Shown: positions 53,193 through 64,000 of the stretch, in pieces
Layout of the letters: every line of letters starts with the position of its first letter
Numbering within the stretch: position 1 is the stretch's first letter
DNA from: Ignisphaera sp.
GTDB lineage: Archaea; Thermoproteota; Thermoprotei_A; Sulfolobales; Ignisphaeraceae
Direction: 5' to 3'
DNA: 64,000 bases
Assembly: GCA_038889075.1 (NCBI GenBank)
Contig: JAWAHS010000001.1
Location: 247,764 to 311,763, forward strand
Notes under the pieces: generated by a model
The model's database searches: none
What the model was told of the DNA's origin: nothing
The model's input: the letters and a program-made list of their open reading frames with translations, nothing else
Program-made: the position numbers and the translations under genes

Positions 53193-54442
53193 TTGAGGAG
53201 AAGAAAGAGGTTGTTGTTATAGGTGCAGGTCCTGCTGGAATAGCAGCTGCTATTAGGGCAAGGCAGCTTGGTCTTGAAACGATTCTTATAGAAAGTAGGG
53301 ATGTTTTGGGTGGTATACCTCTTCAGTGCATACATCCAGGGTTTGGAATACATTACTTTGGAGAGGATTTAACGGGGGGTGAGTTCATCCAAAGGCTAAT
53401 CGATAAAATGCATGGAATTGGCGTTAACTATATTTTAAATGCATATGTTCATTCAATAGAGATAGATTCCTATATAGAGAAAATGGTTAACGTAGTAACA
53501 CCAAATGGGGTACACAAGATTTGTACAAAGACAATAATATATGCAGCTGGTGCTCGAGAGAGACATCTATTCGAACTCAATATATTTGGTGAGCGTCCAG
53601 ATGGTATCTACACAGCAGGTGAAGCGCAAACAATCATGGATCTCTATGGGGTATTGCCTGGAGAAAATATAGTTGTCATTGGCTCAGGTGACGTCGGTCT
53701 TATAATGGCAAGAAGATTTGCCTTAGAAGGCGCTAATGTTAGAGCTGTCATAGAGATCATGCCATACCCTGGAGGCCTTATGAGAAATATTGTACAGTGT
53801 TTAAGAGATTTCAACATTCCTCTATATCTAGGCCATGCAGTAACAGAGATTATTGGAGGTAGAAGGGTTGAAGCCGTAAGAGTGGCTAAGGTAGATGAAG
53901 ATATGAGACCCATCAAATCCACCGAGTTTGAAATACCGTGTGATACCATAGTAATAGCAGCTGGATTAACACCAAATATAGATCTCCTTGAAAAAATAGG
54001 TATCGCAATCGACTATAGGACAAAGGGTCCTATCGTAAATGAATTATTTGAAACAAGCATTCCAGGGCTATTCGTAGCTGGAAATGCTCTTGTTATAAAT
54101 GATCTTGTGGATTATGCTGCTGAACAGGGAGAGGTAGCTGCTGAGGGGGCTAAAATATTCGTTGAAAATGATGGTATTCCTACAAAGAGTTGGAAAAGGA
54201 TTGAACCTGGTAGAAATGTAAGATTTGCTATACCACATTATATCAGTGGAGAGAGAGATGTGATGTTATATGCAAGGGTTCAGAAACCTGAAAACGATGT
54301 ATACATATCTATTGCAAATCTTAAGATTAAAATGCATAATGTGAGACCAGCAGAAATGATTAGGGTGAAAATCTCTACGAAAATCATTGCAGAGAGCCGC
54401 AACACTGTAATACCAGTTGAGGTTATACCACATGAATTCTGA
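53189..54442 (+). CDS. NAD(P)/FAD-dependent oxidoreductase (glycerol-3-phosphate dehydrogenase complex subunit)
   Basis: GAGPAG, GGI..QCIH.GFG, GSGDVGLIMARR, RNIVQCL.DF. Confidence 0.8.
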   Translation: MIEEKKEVVVIGAGPAGIAAAIRARQLGLETILIESRDVLGGIPLQCIHPGFGIHYFGEDLTGGEFIQRLIDKMHGIGVNYILNAYVHSIEIDSYIEKMVNVVTPNGVHKICTKTIIYAAGARERHLFELNIFGERPDGIYTAGEAQTIMDLYGVLPGENIVVIGSGDVGLIMARRFALEGANVRAVIEIMPYPGGLMRNIVQCLRDFNIPLYLGHAVTEIIGGRRVEAVRVAKVDEDMRPIKSTEFEIPCDTIVIAAGLTPNIDLLEKIGIAIDYRTKGPIVNELFETSIPGLFVAGNALVINDLVDYAAEQGEVAAEGAKIFVENDGIPTKSWKRIEPGRNVRFAIPHYISGERDVMLYARVQKPENDVYISIANLKIKMHNVRPAEMIRVKISTKIIAESRNTVIPVEVIPHEF

Positions 54443-54806
54443 AGAAAAAGAATTGATTTGCATTATCTGTCCAGTAGGATGCTCCATAAAAGTAAATAAA
54501 ACTATGGATAATATTAGCGTCAAAGGAGCTTTGTGCAATAGAGGTATTGAGTACGCAAGACAGGAAATACTAGACCCTAGAAGAATTGTCATGACGGTTA
54601 TAAGAGTTAAAAATGGTAACTTACCAGTGGTCTCTGTAAAGACAAGTATCCCTATACCAAAGAAATGCATTGATAAGGTATTGAAACTAACAGCCTTAAT
54701 CGAGGTTGAGGCACCTATAGAAATCGGACAAGCTATTGCTAAAGATATATGTGGAGCAGATCTGATTGCTACCAGGAGAATCGAAGTAAAAATTTCCAAA
54801 CTATAG
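54432..54806 (+). CDS. DUF1667 family CxxC protein
   Basis: CIICPVGC...C.RG..YA, VVSVKT. Confidence 0.8.
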   Translation: MNSEEKELICIICPVGCSIKVNKTMDNISVKGALCNRGIEYARQEILDPRRIVMTVIRVKNGNLPVVSVKTSIPIPKKCIDKVLKLTALIEVEAPIEIGQAIAKDICGADLIATRRIEVKISKL

Positions 54807-54940
54807 ATATACCATATAGTGTTCACATATATGGAAAACAGCACAATATACTTTAAAATTTTTAGAAAACAATTCTATGTAAAGTTGAGGTTCTGTGCTA
54901 CAAGGATAGATAAGATTTAAATATCCGATGCGTATGAGAA

Positions 54941-56002
54941 ATGCTGGTATTAGCAGGGGGAATACAAATGAGTAGAGGTATCAGGTTTTCCCCAATCGTT
55001 GTAGATGGTCTAGATACTGTTTTCTATTGCTGGTGTAGAATAAAGAGTTCAATGGTAGATTTTGAAGAGAGTTTTCGCGTCTGCAAGCCCCAAGACTTTT
55101 GGCTGTTTACTAATGAGGAGAAGAGGTATACGGAATTTGTATCTAGATACGTTAAGCCTGCTAAATATATTACTGTGTCTTTGAGGTCTAGGGAGTTATT
55201 TAGATGGGGTGTTTTTGAAGTTAGAGCTAAGCTTCCGAGGGTTTCAGGTGGACCTATGTTTTGGTTCGGCTTTGAACTTGATGATCTTTTTGGAGGTGGT
55301 GTAATTCATTTTATGTGGCATTGTGATAGAGGTGTTTTGAAAGCTTTTGCCGGTAATTTTATTTCGAGAGTTGAAATGGATTTGACAAGATATCTACCTA
55401 ATGATATAAGCAGTAATTATCATTTCTATAAAATTGTGCATAGAGAGGGTTTGGCTCTATGGTATATAGATGAAAAACTTAGAGCCATGGCAATTTTAGG
55501 TACAGGAAGTACGAGAGAGTCAACAATACTATATAATGGAAATCCGTATACAATAGGATTCACAAAAGATGTTCCATCATCAATGTTACCAATTCTCCTA
55601 GATATAGATGGAGGTGACATAGAGAAGTCCTTTGAATGGCCAGACATACATCCATGGGATTTAAGGGTATCCGAAGGAAACCCGAGAACCACATTGTACT
55701 TGGATTTATTCGTAGATCACAGCGATACTACATTAAGAAACCATCATGTCGAGAAGGAAATAGTTTCAGCACCATTTCCTGGAACATTGGAGCAAAAAGA
55801 GATTCTATTTGCTGCAGAGGATGGGGGTCTCTTGATAATCGAGAATTTTGCTAATAATCAATGGTTTGAATACGAAACAGTTAGAATAGAAGGAAAGAAG
55901 CTGTACAGCATTCCTATAAGAGACAAAGGTATTATGAATAGAATAGTATTCAAATCAAGTGTTCCAACAAAAATTATAGAATCACAGGCAATATTACAGT
56001 AA
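54941..56002 (+). CDS. Hypothetical protein with possible GH16/ConA-like beta-jelly-roll domain
   Basis: WGVFEVRAKLP, FWFGFELD, YH.Y.I...WYIDEK resemble GH16 patterns. Confidence 0.45.
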   Translation: MLVLAGGIQMSRGIRFSPIVVDGLDTVFYCWCRIKSSMVDFEESFRVCKPQDFWLFTNEEKRYTEFVSRYVKPAKYITVSLRSRELFRWGVFEVRAKLPRVSGGPMFWFGFELDDLFGGGVIHFMWHCDRGVLKAFAGNFISRVEMDLTRYLPNDISSNYHFYKIVHREGLALWYIDEKLRAMAILGTGSTRESTILYNGNPYTIGFTKDVPSSMLPILLDIDGGDIEKSFEWPDIHPWDLRVSEGNPRTTLYLDLFVDHSDTTLRNHHVEKEIVSAPFPGTLEQKEILFAAEDGGLLIIENFANNQWFEYETVRIEGKKLYSIPIRDKGIMNRIVFKSSVPTKIIESQAILQ

Positions 56003-56151
56003 AAGAACTGCCTACTAAACTCGTAACAATTACATTGATCTTTAGAGATCAAAAGTATTTTATAAATGGATAGCGCTGTCTCTAAGACCGTTTAGGTTCT
56101 GATGCCTCCTCTACAATTCCTGCATTATGTTTTTAAAAAAATATTTATTCT

Positions 56152-57135
56152 CTACAAATTTTGGAGATCTACCCTTACGAATTCGTAGTGCGGTTCCAGC
56201 TGATACCAATAAGCAACACTACTATAGTCTGCTAAAACCTCATCCCATTCTCCATGGTGTATCCTTACAATAAGTTCCTTTTCAAATGGTATAGGATCTG
56301 GAATATGAAATCTATATGCAACTATTTTAAAATTCTCTGAATCCTTTATTAAGAGTCCGTGGAATGGTGCGTTGAACGTCCCCTTTATGAAATACCATCC
56401 ACTTAGAAAGTAATCCTCTGTACCTGTTGATCCATATGCTAGCTCTCCATCTGAAATTATTTCCATGTTACCTTCTAGAAAACCTAGACCTCCAAATACC
56501 TTATGTTTTTCATGTCCTTCCATAGCAAGTAGTGTGCCCACGTAGTGACCTCTGCCCCTTGCTATAAGTATTGTATATGGTTCACCTAGTTTTGTATACT
56601 TTTCTCTACGCCAAATAGCATGGAATCTTGCCATATTATCAGTATCTTCGGTAGTTGTATAGCCAATCATATAGTATAAGAGATCGATATCTATATCGCT
56701 CATATTAGCGAGTTTAATTAAGGCTCGATTGAATGGCATTGGAAAATAGGTATAATAGCCACCACTTGTAGAACCTATTGGAAGAGACCAGAAGTGTATG
56801 TATTTACCTAAACCTATGGGAATGTTTTGCCCAAGATGGGTATATTCCCCCATGTTGCCTGCCGAACCAAAGAAGTCCCCTACAGGTACTTCGACACTTG
56901 GACTGGTCTCGCCATCCCAGTAGATTCTAAGTATTGCTCTTCTCAGTATATTTTTATCACGTGAACCAATTGTCATCCATAGACTTACAATCATCCCTGG
57001 TCCTTCAATTTCAGCTATGGTATATTCGCTCTTTGCTGAAACTGTATAGAAATCCTGATGCTTTTCACCAACCTTATGTGTACTGGATACATATCTCATT
57101 CTAGTTTTTTTCAATCTGGGAAGCTCTAAGAGCAC
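56152..57135 (-). CDS. DUF2961 / GH172 family glycoside hydrolase
   Basis: GPG.I..LW.T, LRIYWDGE..PSVEVP.GDFF, GTEDYF, YRFH..DPI.F, SVAYWYQ. Confidence 0.85.
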   Translation of the reverse strand: MLLELPRLKKTRMRYVSSTHKVGEKHQDFYTVSAKSEYTIAEIEGPGMIVSLWMTIGSRDKNILRRAILRIYWDGETSPSVEVPVGDFFGSAGNMGEYTHLGQNIPIGLGKYIHFWSLPIGSTSGGYYTYFPMPFNRALIKLANMSDIDIDLLYYMIGYTTTEDTDNMARFHAIWRREKYTKLGEPYTILIARGRGHYVGTLLAMEGHEKHKVFGGLGFLEGNMEIISDGELAYGSTGTEDYFLSGWYFIKGTFNAPFHGLLIKDSENFKIVAYRFHIPDPIPFEKELIVRIHHGEWDEVLADYSSVAYWYQLEPHYEFVRVDLQNL

Positions 57136-57205
57136 GATAGTTCAACCCAGAGCTTTTTTGTACAGAGAATAAATATAAGTATGGTCTCCTGTTGATAATA
57201 TGCAA

Positions 57206-58606
57206 CTAAGTGATGTAGATTGGATTGGTTAAGGCGAGTAGCTCTATGATAGTGTTAGGTTCTAGGGAATACGGATCTTTATAGCGTCCTACTTCCACCC
57301 TAATGAATTTGGTGCCGTCATCTACATTAATTGTATCTACGAATCTGGATAATTTACCCCTAATATTGTATACCTTAATAACCTCCCTAGACGTGATAAT
57401 CCTTAGAACAGCTTCATTTACGTACTTGTCTATAATATCTCTAGTCACCTCTACATCTATTGAAATCTTAAGCTGTTTTCTAGCATTTTCTATCCTATCT
57501 CCAATATAGTATCGTTTATCACCTTGGTATACACCCATATCCACCTTCGGCCCTTCAGGTCCTCTCGATATAAATGCCCTTCCCCTTCTGATGCCCTCGA
57601 GCATACTCTCCATCGTTAACTCATTAACATAGATCCATGTTGTAGGATTGGCGAGTTCCACATCGCTTCCGCCATGGTAATCGCTTCCTCCGATAATCGG
57701 TATAGTCATCCCTTTAGCAAGTAGGTTATGCCACCAATTAAGAGCGTAAGCATTCCAGGTCACTGGCGTTGGACCGTTCCATACTTCAATAGAATCAAAT
57801 CCTATCAACTCTTTATACTTAAAATCACATCCAATACAGTTAACATCAAAATTGAATGGGTGGTTTAGAGAGGCCAGTAAGCCCTCTCTATGTATCTCGT
57901 CAATGAGACTCTTAAAGTCACTAATATCCTTCCTTCTAAAATCAAACCACCTCCTGCCCCATGTATTTATATGTCCATAATATGTCGAGATTTCAATCCC
58001 TGGTATCACCAATATCTCTGGACACTTCGCTGTTTCTATTTCGGTTATTTGACTGATGGTATTATGGTCGGTTATAGCGATATAATCTAGACCTAGTTTT
58101 ATGGCCTTGAGAATTAAGCTACATACACCATCCTTACCATCGCTATGGATGGTGTGCACATGGAGATCCCCCTTAATCCATCTACCATTTGCAGTACGCC
58201 TCGCTTCCTCCCTGCATACACATGTTTCTCCACTTGAAGTTCTACTTCTATGCTTGGACATCCTAATAACAATTCTATATTTACATCCACAATCTGTAAT
58301 CTTAGCCAGACCTAGTACCACCGTCCAAGTGCCTGGATACATTTCCCCAGCTATGTAGCCCGGTGTAGCTGAAGTATCATCTATATGGATTTTTGTTTTA
58401 GATGATCCGCTCCAGCCCCTAAATAAATTTCTAGCATCGAAAATGCCTATATCTAGAATGCAGCCATCTTCCTTATTAAAGTTGTACTCGAGCTCTATAT
58501 TATTATAGCCTTCAGGTAGGTTGAAGTTTATATACGTATAGTCTGATTCTTCCTTATTGCTGGGATAGAGAATACCATTGAACTCTTTTATAGTGTATTC
58601 CTCCAA
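57206..58606 (-). CDS. CehA/McbA-type PHP metallohydrolase
   Basis: GDLHVHTIHSDG, AITDHN, GH.N, NHP, EVWN, GGSDYH. Confidence 0.82.
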   Translation of the reverse strand: MEEYTIKEFNGILYPSNKEESDYTYINFNLPEGYNNIELEYNFNKEDGCILDIGIFDARNLFRGWSGSSKTKIHIDDTSATPGYIAGEMYPGTWTVVLGLAKITDCGCKYRIVIRMSKHRSRTSSGETCVCREEARRTANGRWIKGDLHVHTIHSDGKDGVCSLILKAIKLGLDYIAITDHNTISQITEIETAKCPEILVIPGIEISTYYGHINTWGRRWFDFRRKDISDFKSLIDEIHREGLLASLNHPFNFDVNCIGCDFKYKELIGFDSIEVWNGPTPVTWNAYALNWWHNLLAKGMTIPIIGGSDYHGGSDVELANPTTWIYVNELTMESMLEGIRRGRAFISRGPEGPKVDMGVYQGDKRYYIGDRIENARKQLKISIDVEVTRDIIDKYVNEAVLRIITSREVIKVYNIRGKLSRFVDTINVDDGTKFIRVEVGRYKDPYSLEPNTIIELLALTNPIYIT

Positions 58607-58767
58607 TTACCCCACCAAAGGCGCACAGATGTAATCTTTCAAAATTATGGCCGAAGTAAAAAACTTTCCACATTAATAACCGCTACAGTTGCAGGAAATT
58701 GTTTAAATTTCATCTAGCAACTAATAATTAAAAACTTAAATATCCTCCTCCAGCAAGCAATTTATTA

Positions 58768-59577
58768 ATGGGTGCTAAAATGCTACCTCGTATAGCACTA
58801 CAACTGTACTCCCTAAGATACGAACTCCAGGAAGATTTTGAAAATGTACTTGAAAAGATAGCGAGTATAGGATTTGAAGGTGTCGAATTTGCTGGTTTTT
58901 ATGGTAAAGAGCCTGATAAACTAAGAGAATTACTATATAGACTCGGTTTAGATGTAGCAGGTGCCCACATTCCTATCAACGCTTTTATTGAATCAGAGAT
59001 AGAGAAAACGATAACCTTTAATCAATCCCTTGGGAATAGATTTCTCATTATACCTGGTCTTCCTGAAGAACTAAGGAGAACAAAAGATGACTGGGTAAAA
59101 TTTTCAGAGACTCTGAATAGCATTTCTAAGAAGCTTGCATGCTATAAAATGAATGTAGGTTATCATAATCACAGGATAGAATTTACCGTAATTGAAGGTG
59201 AAAGACCGTGGGACATAGTATTTAGTAGAACATCCAAAGAGATTATCATGCAGCTTGACATAGGGCATGCCCTTGCTGCACAGCTTAGCGATGATGAGAT
59301 CATAGACCTTATTAAAAGGTACAGAGGAAGGGCTGTAACCGTTCATGCCAAGGAGTACTCAAAGAAAAAAGCAGAAATGTTTAAAGATATCCATAAGGGG
59401 TACGAAGTGGTTATCGGTGAAGGAGAAACTAAATGGATAGAAATACTAAAGGCTTTGAGAGACTATGGCAAAACCGAGTGGATTATAATTGAACAAGAAA
59501 CATATCCCTATAAACCACCTATAGAATCCGTAAAAAGATCATTTCAATTTCTAAGCGATATACTGACAACATTATAG
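58768..59577 (+). CDS. Sugar phosphate isomerase/epimerase (IolE/xylose isomerase-like TIM barrel)
   Basis: LQLYSLR, GFEGVEFAG, YHNH..EF, QLD.GH, H.KE, IIEQE. Confidence 0.85.
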   Translation: MGAKMLPRIALQLYSLRYELQEDFENVLEKIASIGFEGVEFAGFYGKEPDKLRELLYRLGLDVAGAHIPINAFIESEIEKTITFNQSLGNRFLIIPGLPEELRRTKDDWVKFSETLNSISKKLACYKMNVGYHNHRIEFTVIEGERPWDIVFSRTSKEIIMQLDIGHALAAQLSDDEIIDLIKRYRGRAVTVHAKEYSKKKAEMFKDIHKGYEVVIGEGETKWIEILKALRDYGKTEWIIIEQETYPYKPPIESVKRSFQFLSDILTTL

Positions 59578-59751
59578 AGTACTACTCTTTACAACACTAT
59601 CAAAAATTTTTATGGTTAATTAGACTGTTAATCAGAAAGTGGTACATTATTAATTCATCTAGGGCACCACAATTTGTTAGTATTAAACAATAGAGAGGAT
59701 ACGACACAATTATTAGGCTCGTAAAAGTTTTTAGTTTAACTCACTATAAAG

Positions 59752-60678
59752 TTGTTTGGCGGTATTTGCATGAGGTTCAAAGTTGAGGGTATATTAACAG
59801 CACTACTAACACCATTGACAAAAGATGGTGATCTATGTGTAAAGTGTATTGAGTCTATGATAGAGTTCCAAGTAAAAAATGGCGTTGCAGCTTTGTTTTT
59901 AACAGGTACATATGGAGAGGGCGTCATACTTTCTAATACTATTAGACAGAAGGTCTATAGATATGCTCTTGAATACTCACCTAGCAGTCTCTCCCTTCTT
60001 CCGCATGTTGGCGGAGCTGATCTAGAATCCGTGGCTTTCTTAGCTAAAAGTGTTAGGGATCTCGGCTATAAGGTTGTTAGCATTGTTGGTCCTATATATC
60101 ATAAACCTACCAAGAGGGGTTTAGTAGAATTTTTTAACTATGTAGCATCTAAAGCTGATGTTGATATAGTGATATACAATAATAAAGGTAGACAGGGCTA
60201 TAATATATCACCAGACGATTTTGAATACATAGCTAGAGAGGTACCCGCTGTTATAGGCGTAAAGGATACAAGCTATGATATTGAACAGATGATCGAGTAT
60301 GTTAAAAGATTTAAAACAAGCTATTTTATAGGAGGAGCTGGTGACAACCTCCTATATGTTACCTTTGCTATAGGTATGCATGCACATATATGTGGAATAT
60401 CAAACGCATTTCCAGAAATTGCCATAGAATTGTATAAAGCTATGAGAAACGGGGATCATACTAAGGCTCTGAATCTACAGTACAAGATTACCAGGATTAG
60501 AAAAATATTGACAAAATTCAATCTCGAGACTCAAGAATTGCTAAGAGAGATACTAAGGTTTAGGGGCTTGGATCCAGGATACCCCCCTATCCAAATGCGT
60601 GAAGGTCTAAGCAGTGAACAGATCACAGAGCTTAGAAAGTCCCTTGAACCAATTGCTGGAGAGTATTTTGTAGGGTGA
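59752..60678 (+). CDS. Dihydrodipicolinate synthase/N-acetylneuraminate lyase family aldolase
   Basis: GTYGE, IYN, Schiff-base GVKDT, SNAFPE. Confidence 0.82.
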   Translation: MFGGICMRFKVEGILTALLTPLTKDGDLCVKCIESMIEFQVKNGVAALFLTGTYGEGVILSNTIRQKVYRYALEYSPSSLSLLPHVGGADLESVAFLAKSVRDLGYKVVSIVGPIYHKPTKRGLVEFFNYVASKADVDIVIYNNKGRQGYNISPDDFEYIAREVPAVIGVKDTSYDIEQMIEYVKRFKTSYFIGGAGDNLLYVTFAIGMHAHICGISNAFPEIAIELYKAMRNGDHTKALNLQYKITRIRKILTKFNLETQELLREILRFRGLDPGYPPIQMREGLSSEQITELRKSLEPIAGEYFVG

Positions 60679-60684
60679 TTTAAA

Positions 60685-61689
60685 ATGGGTATAAGAATAG
60701 GTATTGTAAATTCAAAGTCTTTTGGCGTATATACTAATGCCATAGATAGGCTGGCAAAGGTAGGTGAAGTTATAAAGATTGATGTTCCTAAGAATACGAG
60801 GGGTATAGAACTTGCTGAGAAACTAAGAGGCATACACTTCATTATAGCAAGTGTCACACCGCTATATGATAGAGAATTCTTTGAAAATAATGATGATGTT
60901 GTTATGATTGTAAGGCATGGTATAGGCTATGATAATATTGACGTCAAGGCCGCTGAAGAACACGGTGTTATAGTTGCTAGGGTGCCTGGATGGAGAGAAA
61001 GAGAAGCAGTAGCCGAACTCACCATAGCATTAATGCTGGCTGCTCTTAGAAAGGTTGTCGAGGCTTCTAATAGTGTAAAGAGTGGAAGATGGCATGAAAG
61101 AGCAAAGTATGTGGGTAGGGAGCTGCCGAGCCTAACTGTAGGTATTATAGGATTTGGCAATATTGGATCTAGAGTTGCTGGAATTCTTGTAAATGGCTTT
61201 AATGCAAAAGTTGTTGTGTACGATCCGTATGTTTCTAGAGCATATGTAGAGAGACTTGGATGCTTATATGTGGAAAAGCTTGATGATCTGCTAGGACAAA
61301 GTGATATAATAACCCTTCACACTATACTAACCGAGGAAACTAAGTACATGATTAATAGAGAAGCGTTTGAAAAGATGAAAGACGGTGTGATAATAGTTAA
61401 TACGGCTCGAGGAGAACTTATAGATACCTCAGCCCTTATTGAGTACATCGAAAAGGGAAAGGTAGCAGCTGCCGCACTTGATGTTGTCGAGGGCGAGCCT
61501 ATAGATGAAAAACATCAATTACTAAAATATTCGAACGTCATTATAACACCTCATATAGGGGCATACACATACGAATCCCTCATAGGAATGGATGAGGCCG
61601 TTGTTGAAGCCATTGAATGCTATATAAATAATAAACCTATTGATGGAATTGTCGTCATGCCTAGAAGAAGAAGAGTATTGAAAATATAA
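60685..61689 (+). CDS. D-isomer-specific 2-hydroxyacid dehydrogenase
   Basis: G.GYDNID, GFGNIG, NTARG, DV...EP, TPHIG. Confidence 0.9.
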   Translation: MGIRIGIVNSKSFGVYTNAIDRLAKVGEVIKIDVPKNTRGIELAEKLRGIHFIIASVTPLYDREFFENNDDVVMIVRHGIGYDNIDVKAAEEHGVIVARVPGWREREAVAELTIALMLAALRKVVEASNSVKSGRWHERAKYVGRELPSLTVGIIGFGNIGSRVAGILVNGFNAKVVVYDPYVSRAYVERLGCLYVEKLDDLLGQSDIITLHTILTEETKYMINREAFEKMKDGVIIVNTARGELIDTSALIEYIEKGKVAAAALDVVEGEPIDEKHQLLKYSNVIITPHIGAYTYESLIGMDEAVVEAIECYINNKPIDGIVVMPRRRRVLKI

Positions 61690-61864
61690 CACCAAAAGAA
61701 TGGTGATCATTAGGAATACTTTACGACACTTTTAATTCTATGTTCTCTATATAAGAATAGCCCCTGCTGGAGCCCCCAACTCTAATCCACATCGATATAG
61801 ACTACAGAATGCCAATAGATATCCATAATTAGAAATATTCTTTAGATGTGGTAGGCTTAGTAGT

Positions 61865-63091
61865 TTACGACTTTCTATTGCCAACTAACTCTTCTATAAA
61901 ACTCTTAAGCCTTTCAATACCCTCAATAATAGCATTTTCGCTTAGTGCAAAGCTTATTCTAATAAATTCTGCTCCAGCCTTTTCGGGAAATACCGAACCT
62001 GGTAGTACAACCACGTGTTTTTTCTCAATAAGTTTTTCTACAAACTGTTCTGAAGACATGTTTGCAGTTTTTAGCACACTGCCTATATATGGAAAGAGAT
62101 AGAATGCTCCTTTGCATGGCCACACCTCAATATCTTTGATCTCTCTCAATTTCTCTACTGCTATATTTCTCCGCCTCTCAAAAAGCTTTATCATATTCTC
62201 AACAGGATCCCATGATCCTTTTAAAGCTGCTACACCTGCCTTTTGTACAAAGGAGGTTGCACATGACCATATGTTTACTGCTAATCTGGTTATTTTGGAT
62301 GCTACCTCACCTCTAGTTACAAGATATCCAAGCCTCCATCCGGTCATTGAAAAGGTCTTTGAAAATCCATTTACATAAAGTATGTGGTCTCTCCAATCAG
62401 TGAAGCTTATGAACGACTTTAGCCTGTTCCCATCATAGAGAAAGTTATCATATATTTCATCAGCTAAAATTAGAAGACCGTGTTCTATAGCAATCCTATA
62501 TATTTCTTCAATCTGCTTCGAATCGAAAACCGCTCCTGTAGGGTTATGGGGATTGTTTATAACAATCATTTTCGTTTTAGATGTTATAGCATTTTCTATA
62601 GCATTAAGATCTATTTCGAATCCTCCATCCCCTCCAAGCCATTTCAACGGTACATACACAGGTTTTGCCCCAAGAAATCTGACTATCTCCGGATATGCTG
62701 GAAAGGATGGTTCGGGAATAATAACCTCGTCGCCAGGCTCTATATAAGATGCAATAGCTAGAAAGATGGCAGGCTTGGCACCCGGTGTAACTATAACTTC
62801 ATCAGCTCTAACATCAGCTCTATATTTGCTATTTAAATACTCCGCTATAGCTATCCTCAGCTCTGGTATTCCCGGGGTTTCTGTATAGCCTGTGAAACCA
62901 CTATCAAGAGCTTTTTTAGCTTCATTAACAATATGTTGAAATGTGGGGATATCTGGTTGTCCTACGCCAAAGTTTATTACCTTAAAACCGGCTCTAACCA
63001 TCTCCCTTGCCTTAGCTATATATCGAAACCCTGCTTCACCACGAAGTGAGGTAATGACATCTTTAAACATCTTTATTGTTGGCGGTATCAT
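61865..63091 (-). CDS. PLP-dependent aminotransferase class I/II (aspartate aminotransferase-like)
   Basis: NNPHNPTG, DEIY, GFSKTFSMTGWRLG. Confidence 0.92.
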   Translation of the reverse strand: MIPPTIKMFKDVITSLRGEAGFRYIAKAREMVRAGFKVINFGVGQPDIPTFQHIVNEAKKALDSGFTGYTETPGIPELRIAIAEYLNSKYRADVRADEVIVTPGAKPAIFLAIASYIEPGDEVIIPEPSFPAYPEIVRFLGAKPVYVPLKWLGGDGGFEIDLNAIENAITSKTKMIVINNPHNPTGAVFDSKQIEEIYRIAIEHGLLILADEIYDNFLYDGNRLKSFISFTDWRDHILYVNGFSKTFSMTGWRLGYLVTRGEVASKITRLAVNIWSCATSFVQKAGVAALKGSWDPVENMIKLFERRRNIAVEKLREIKDIEVWPCKGAFYLFPYIGSVLKTANMSSEQFVEKLIEKKHVVVLPGSVFPEKAGAEFIRISFALSENAIIEGIERLKSFIEELVGNRKS

Positions 63092-63181
63092 AAAGCCGTA
63101 CCTATTACATTAATGTCTATTAGATCAAGAATAAAAAGGTTTCTAGAGTATTAAGTATAAGTACAGCTAGGTGGGGAATAG

Positions 63182-63979
63182 ATGGTATGGAATATCGGAA
63201 TAGTGGGTTTTGGAAGGATGGGTAAAGCTATAGCCATGGGACTTATAAATAGCGGTATGAACCCTTCCACTATTGCTGTATATGATAAGGAGGCTAGCAC
63301 CCTCCAACACGCTAAAACACTAGGTCTAAAAATAACTTCGAGTAACACCGAGACTATTCTAAATAGCGATATAGTTATATTGGCTGTAAAGCCTAACGAT
63401 ATAATAAAGGTTGTCAATGAGGTTTCCTCTGTAGCAGAAAATAGAATTGTAGTCTCTATAGCAGCTCTAGTTCCCTACAAAACAATCAAAAGCTATTTAC
63501 CCAAATCATATGTATATAGAGCTATGCCAAATATTGCCGTAGAAGTTAATAGTGGTTTTATAGCACTAACCCCCCATGGCGAAAAAGATGCGGAGGTTGA
63601 ACGATTGTTTAGATTTTTAGGCGATGTCGTATGGGTTGATGAGGAGGTGCTAGACATACTTACACTCATATCTGCATCGACTCCAGCCCTACTAGCTGAA
63701 ATAGCCGATACATTTATATTGGCATCACTAAAATCAGGTGTACCCTATTCAATTGCTAAAAAGGTCGTCTCTTCACTATTCAAGGGCGTTGGTGAACTAC
63801 TTAATCACAAGCCCTTAAGCGATATAAGAGATAGTGTTATAACCCCTAGAGGAGTTACTATAAAACTAATAGAAAAATTCTATATCCATAATGCAAAATC
63901 AAAATTACTAGAGACATTATCGATTGCCATCGAAGAATATCTATCCATGCTAGATGAAGTTAGAGATAAATATAAATAG
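63182..63979 (+). CDS. proC: Pyrroline-5-carboxylate reductase
   Basis: G.GRMG.A, LAVKP, SIAA, RAMPN, V.TP.G.T. Confidence 0.88.
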   Translation: MVWNIGIVGFGRMGKAIAMGLINSGMNPSTIAVYDKEASTLQHAKTLGLKITSSNTETILNSDIVILAVKPNDIIKVVNEVSSVAENRIVVSIAALVPYKTIKSYLPKSYVYRAMPNIAVEVNSGFIALTPHGEKDAEVERLFRFLGDVVWVDEEVLDILTLISASTPALLAEIADTFILASLKSGVPYSIAKKVVSSLFKGVGELLNHKPLSDIRDSVITPRGVTIKLIEKFYIHNAKSKLLETLSIAIEEYLSMLDEVRDKYK

Positions 63980-64000
63980 CTCTCATTGCTATAACAGTAT

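Overview
AT-rich archaeal chromosomal DNA, most consistent with a hyperthermophilic crenarchaeote of the Thermoprotei/Desulfurococcales. Support: GGTGA Shine-Dalgarno motifs, crenarchaeal SSB, GAPN, BHB-intron tRNA and the Spt4-S24e-S27ae-KEOPS operon; the taxonomy is an inference. Layout: (1) 2-16 kb: a corrinoid-dependent methyltransferase island with two inverted, pyrrolysine-free MtmB-family paralogs that share perfectly identical 378-bp and 273-bp blocks. It also carries a corrinoid protein, a BMP-family ABC importer, an MtbA-like Zn/thiol methyltransferase, a radical SAM protein and NfnAB/SudAB. (2) 16-34 kb: translation, ribosome-biogenesis and KEOPS housekeeping genes, including a two-intron tRNA-Trp whose large intron looks like a C/D guide, and apparent non-canonical start codons on aIF-1A and RIO1. 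(3) 34-48 kb: a plastic region after tRNA-Gly with pseudogenes, a second corrinoid/UroD-family methyltransferase cluster and two related MITE-like elements resembling TnpB 3' ends. (4) 48-64 kb: IDH, glycerol utilisation, a glycan/sugar-acid catabolic cluster, an aminotransferase and proC. A canonical box C/D sRNA lies at 510-558. All family assignments are from motif recognition, not database searches.
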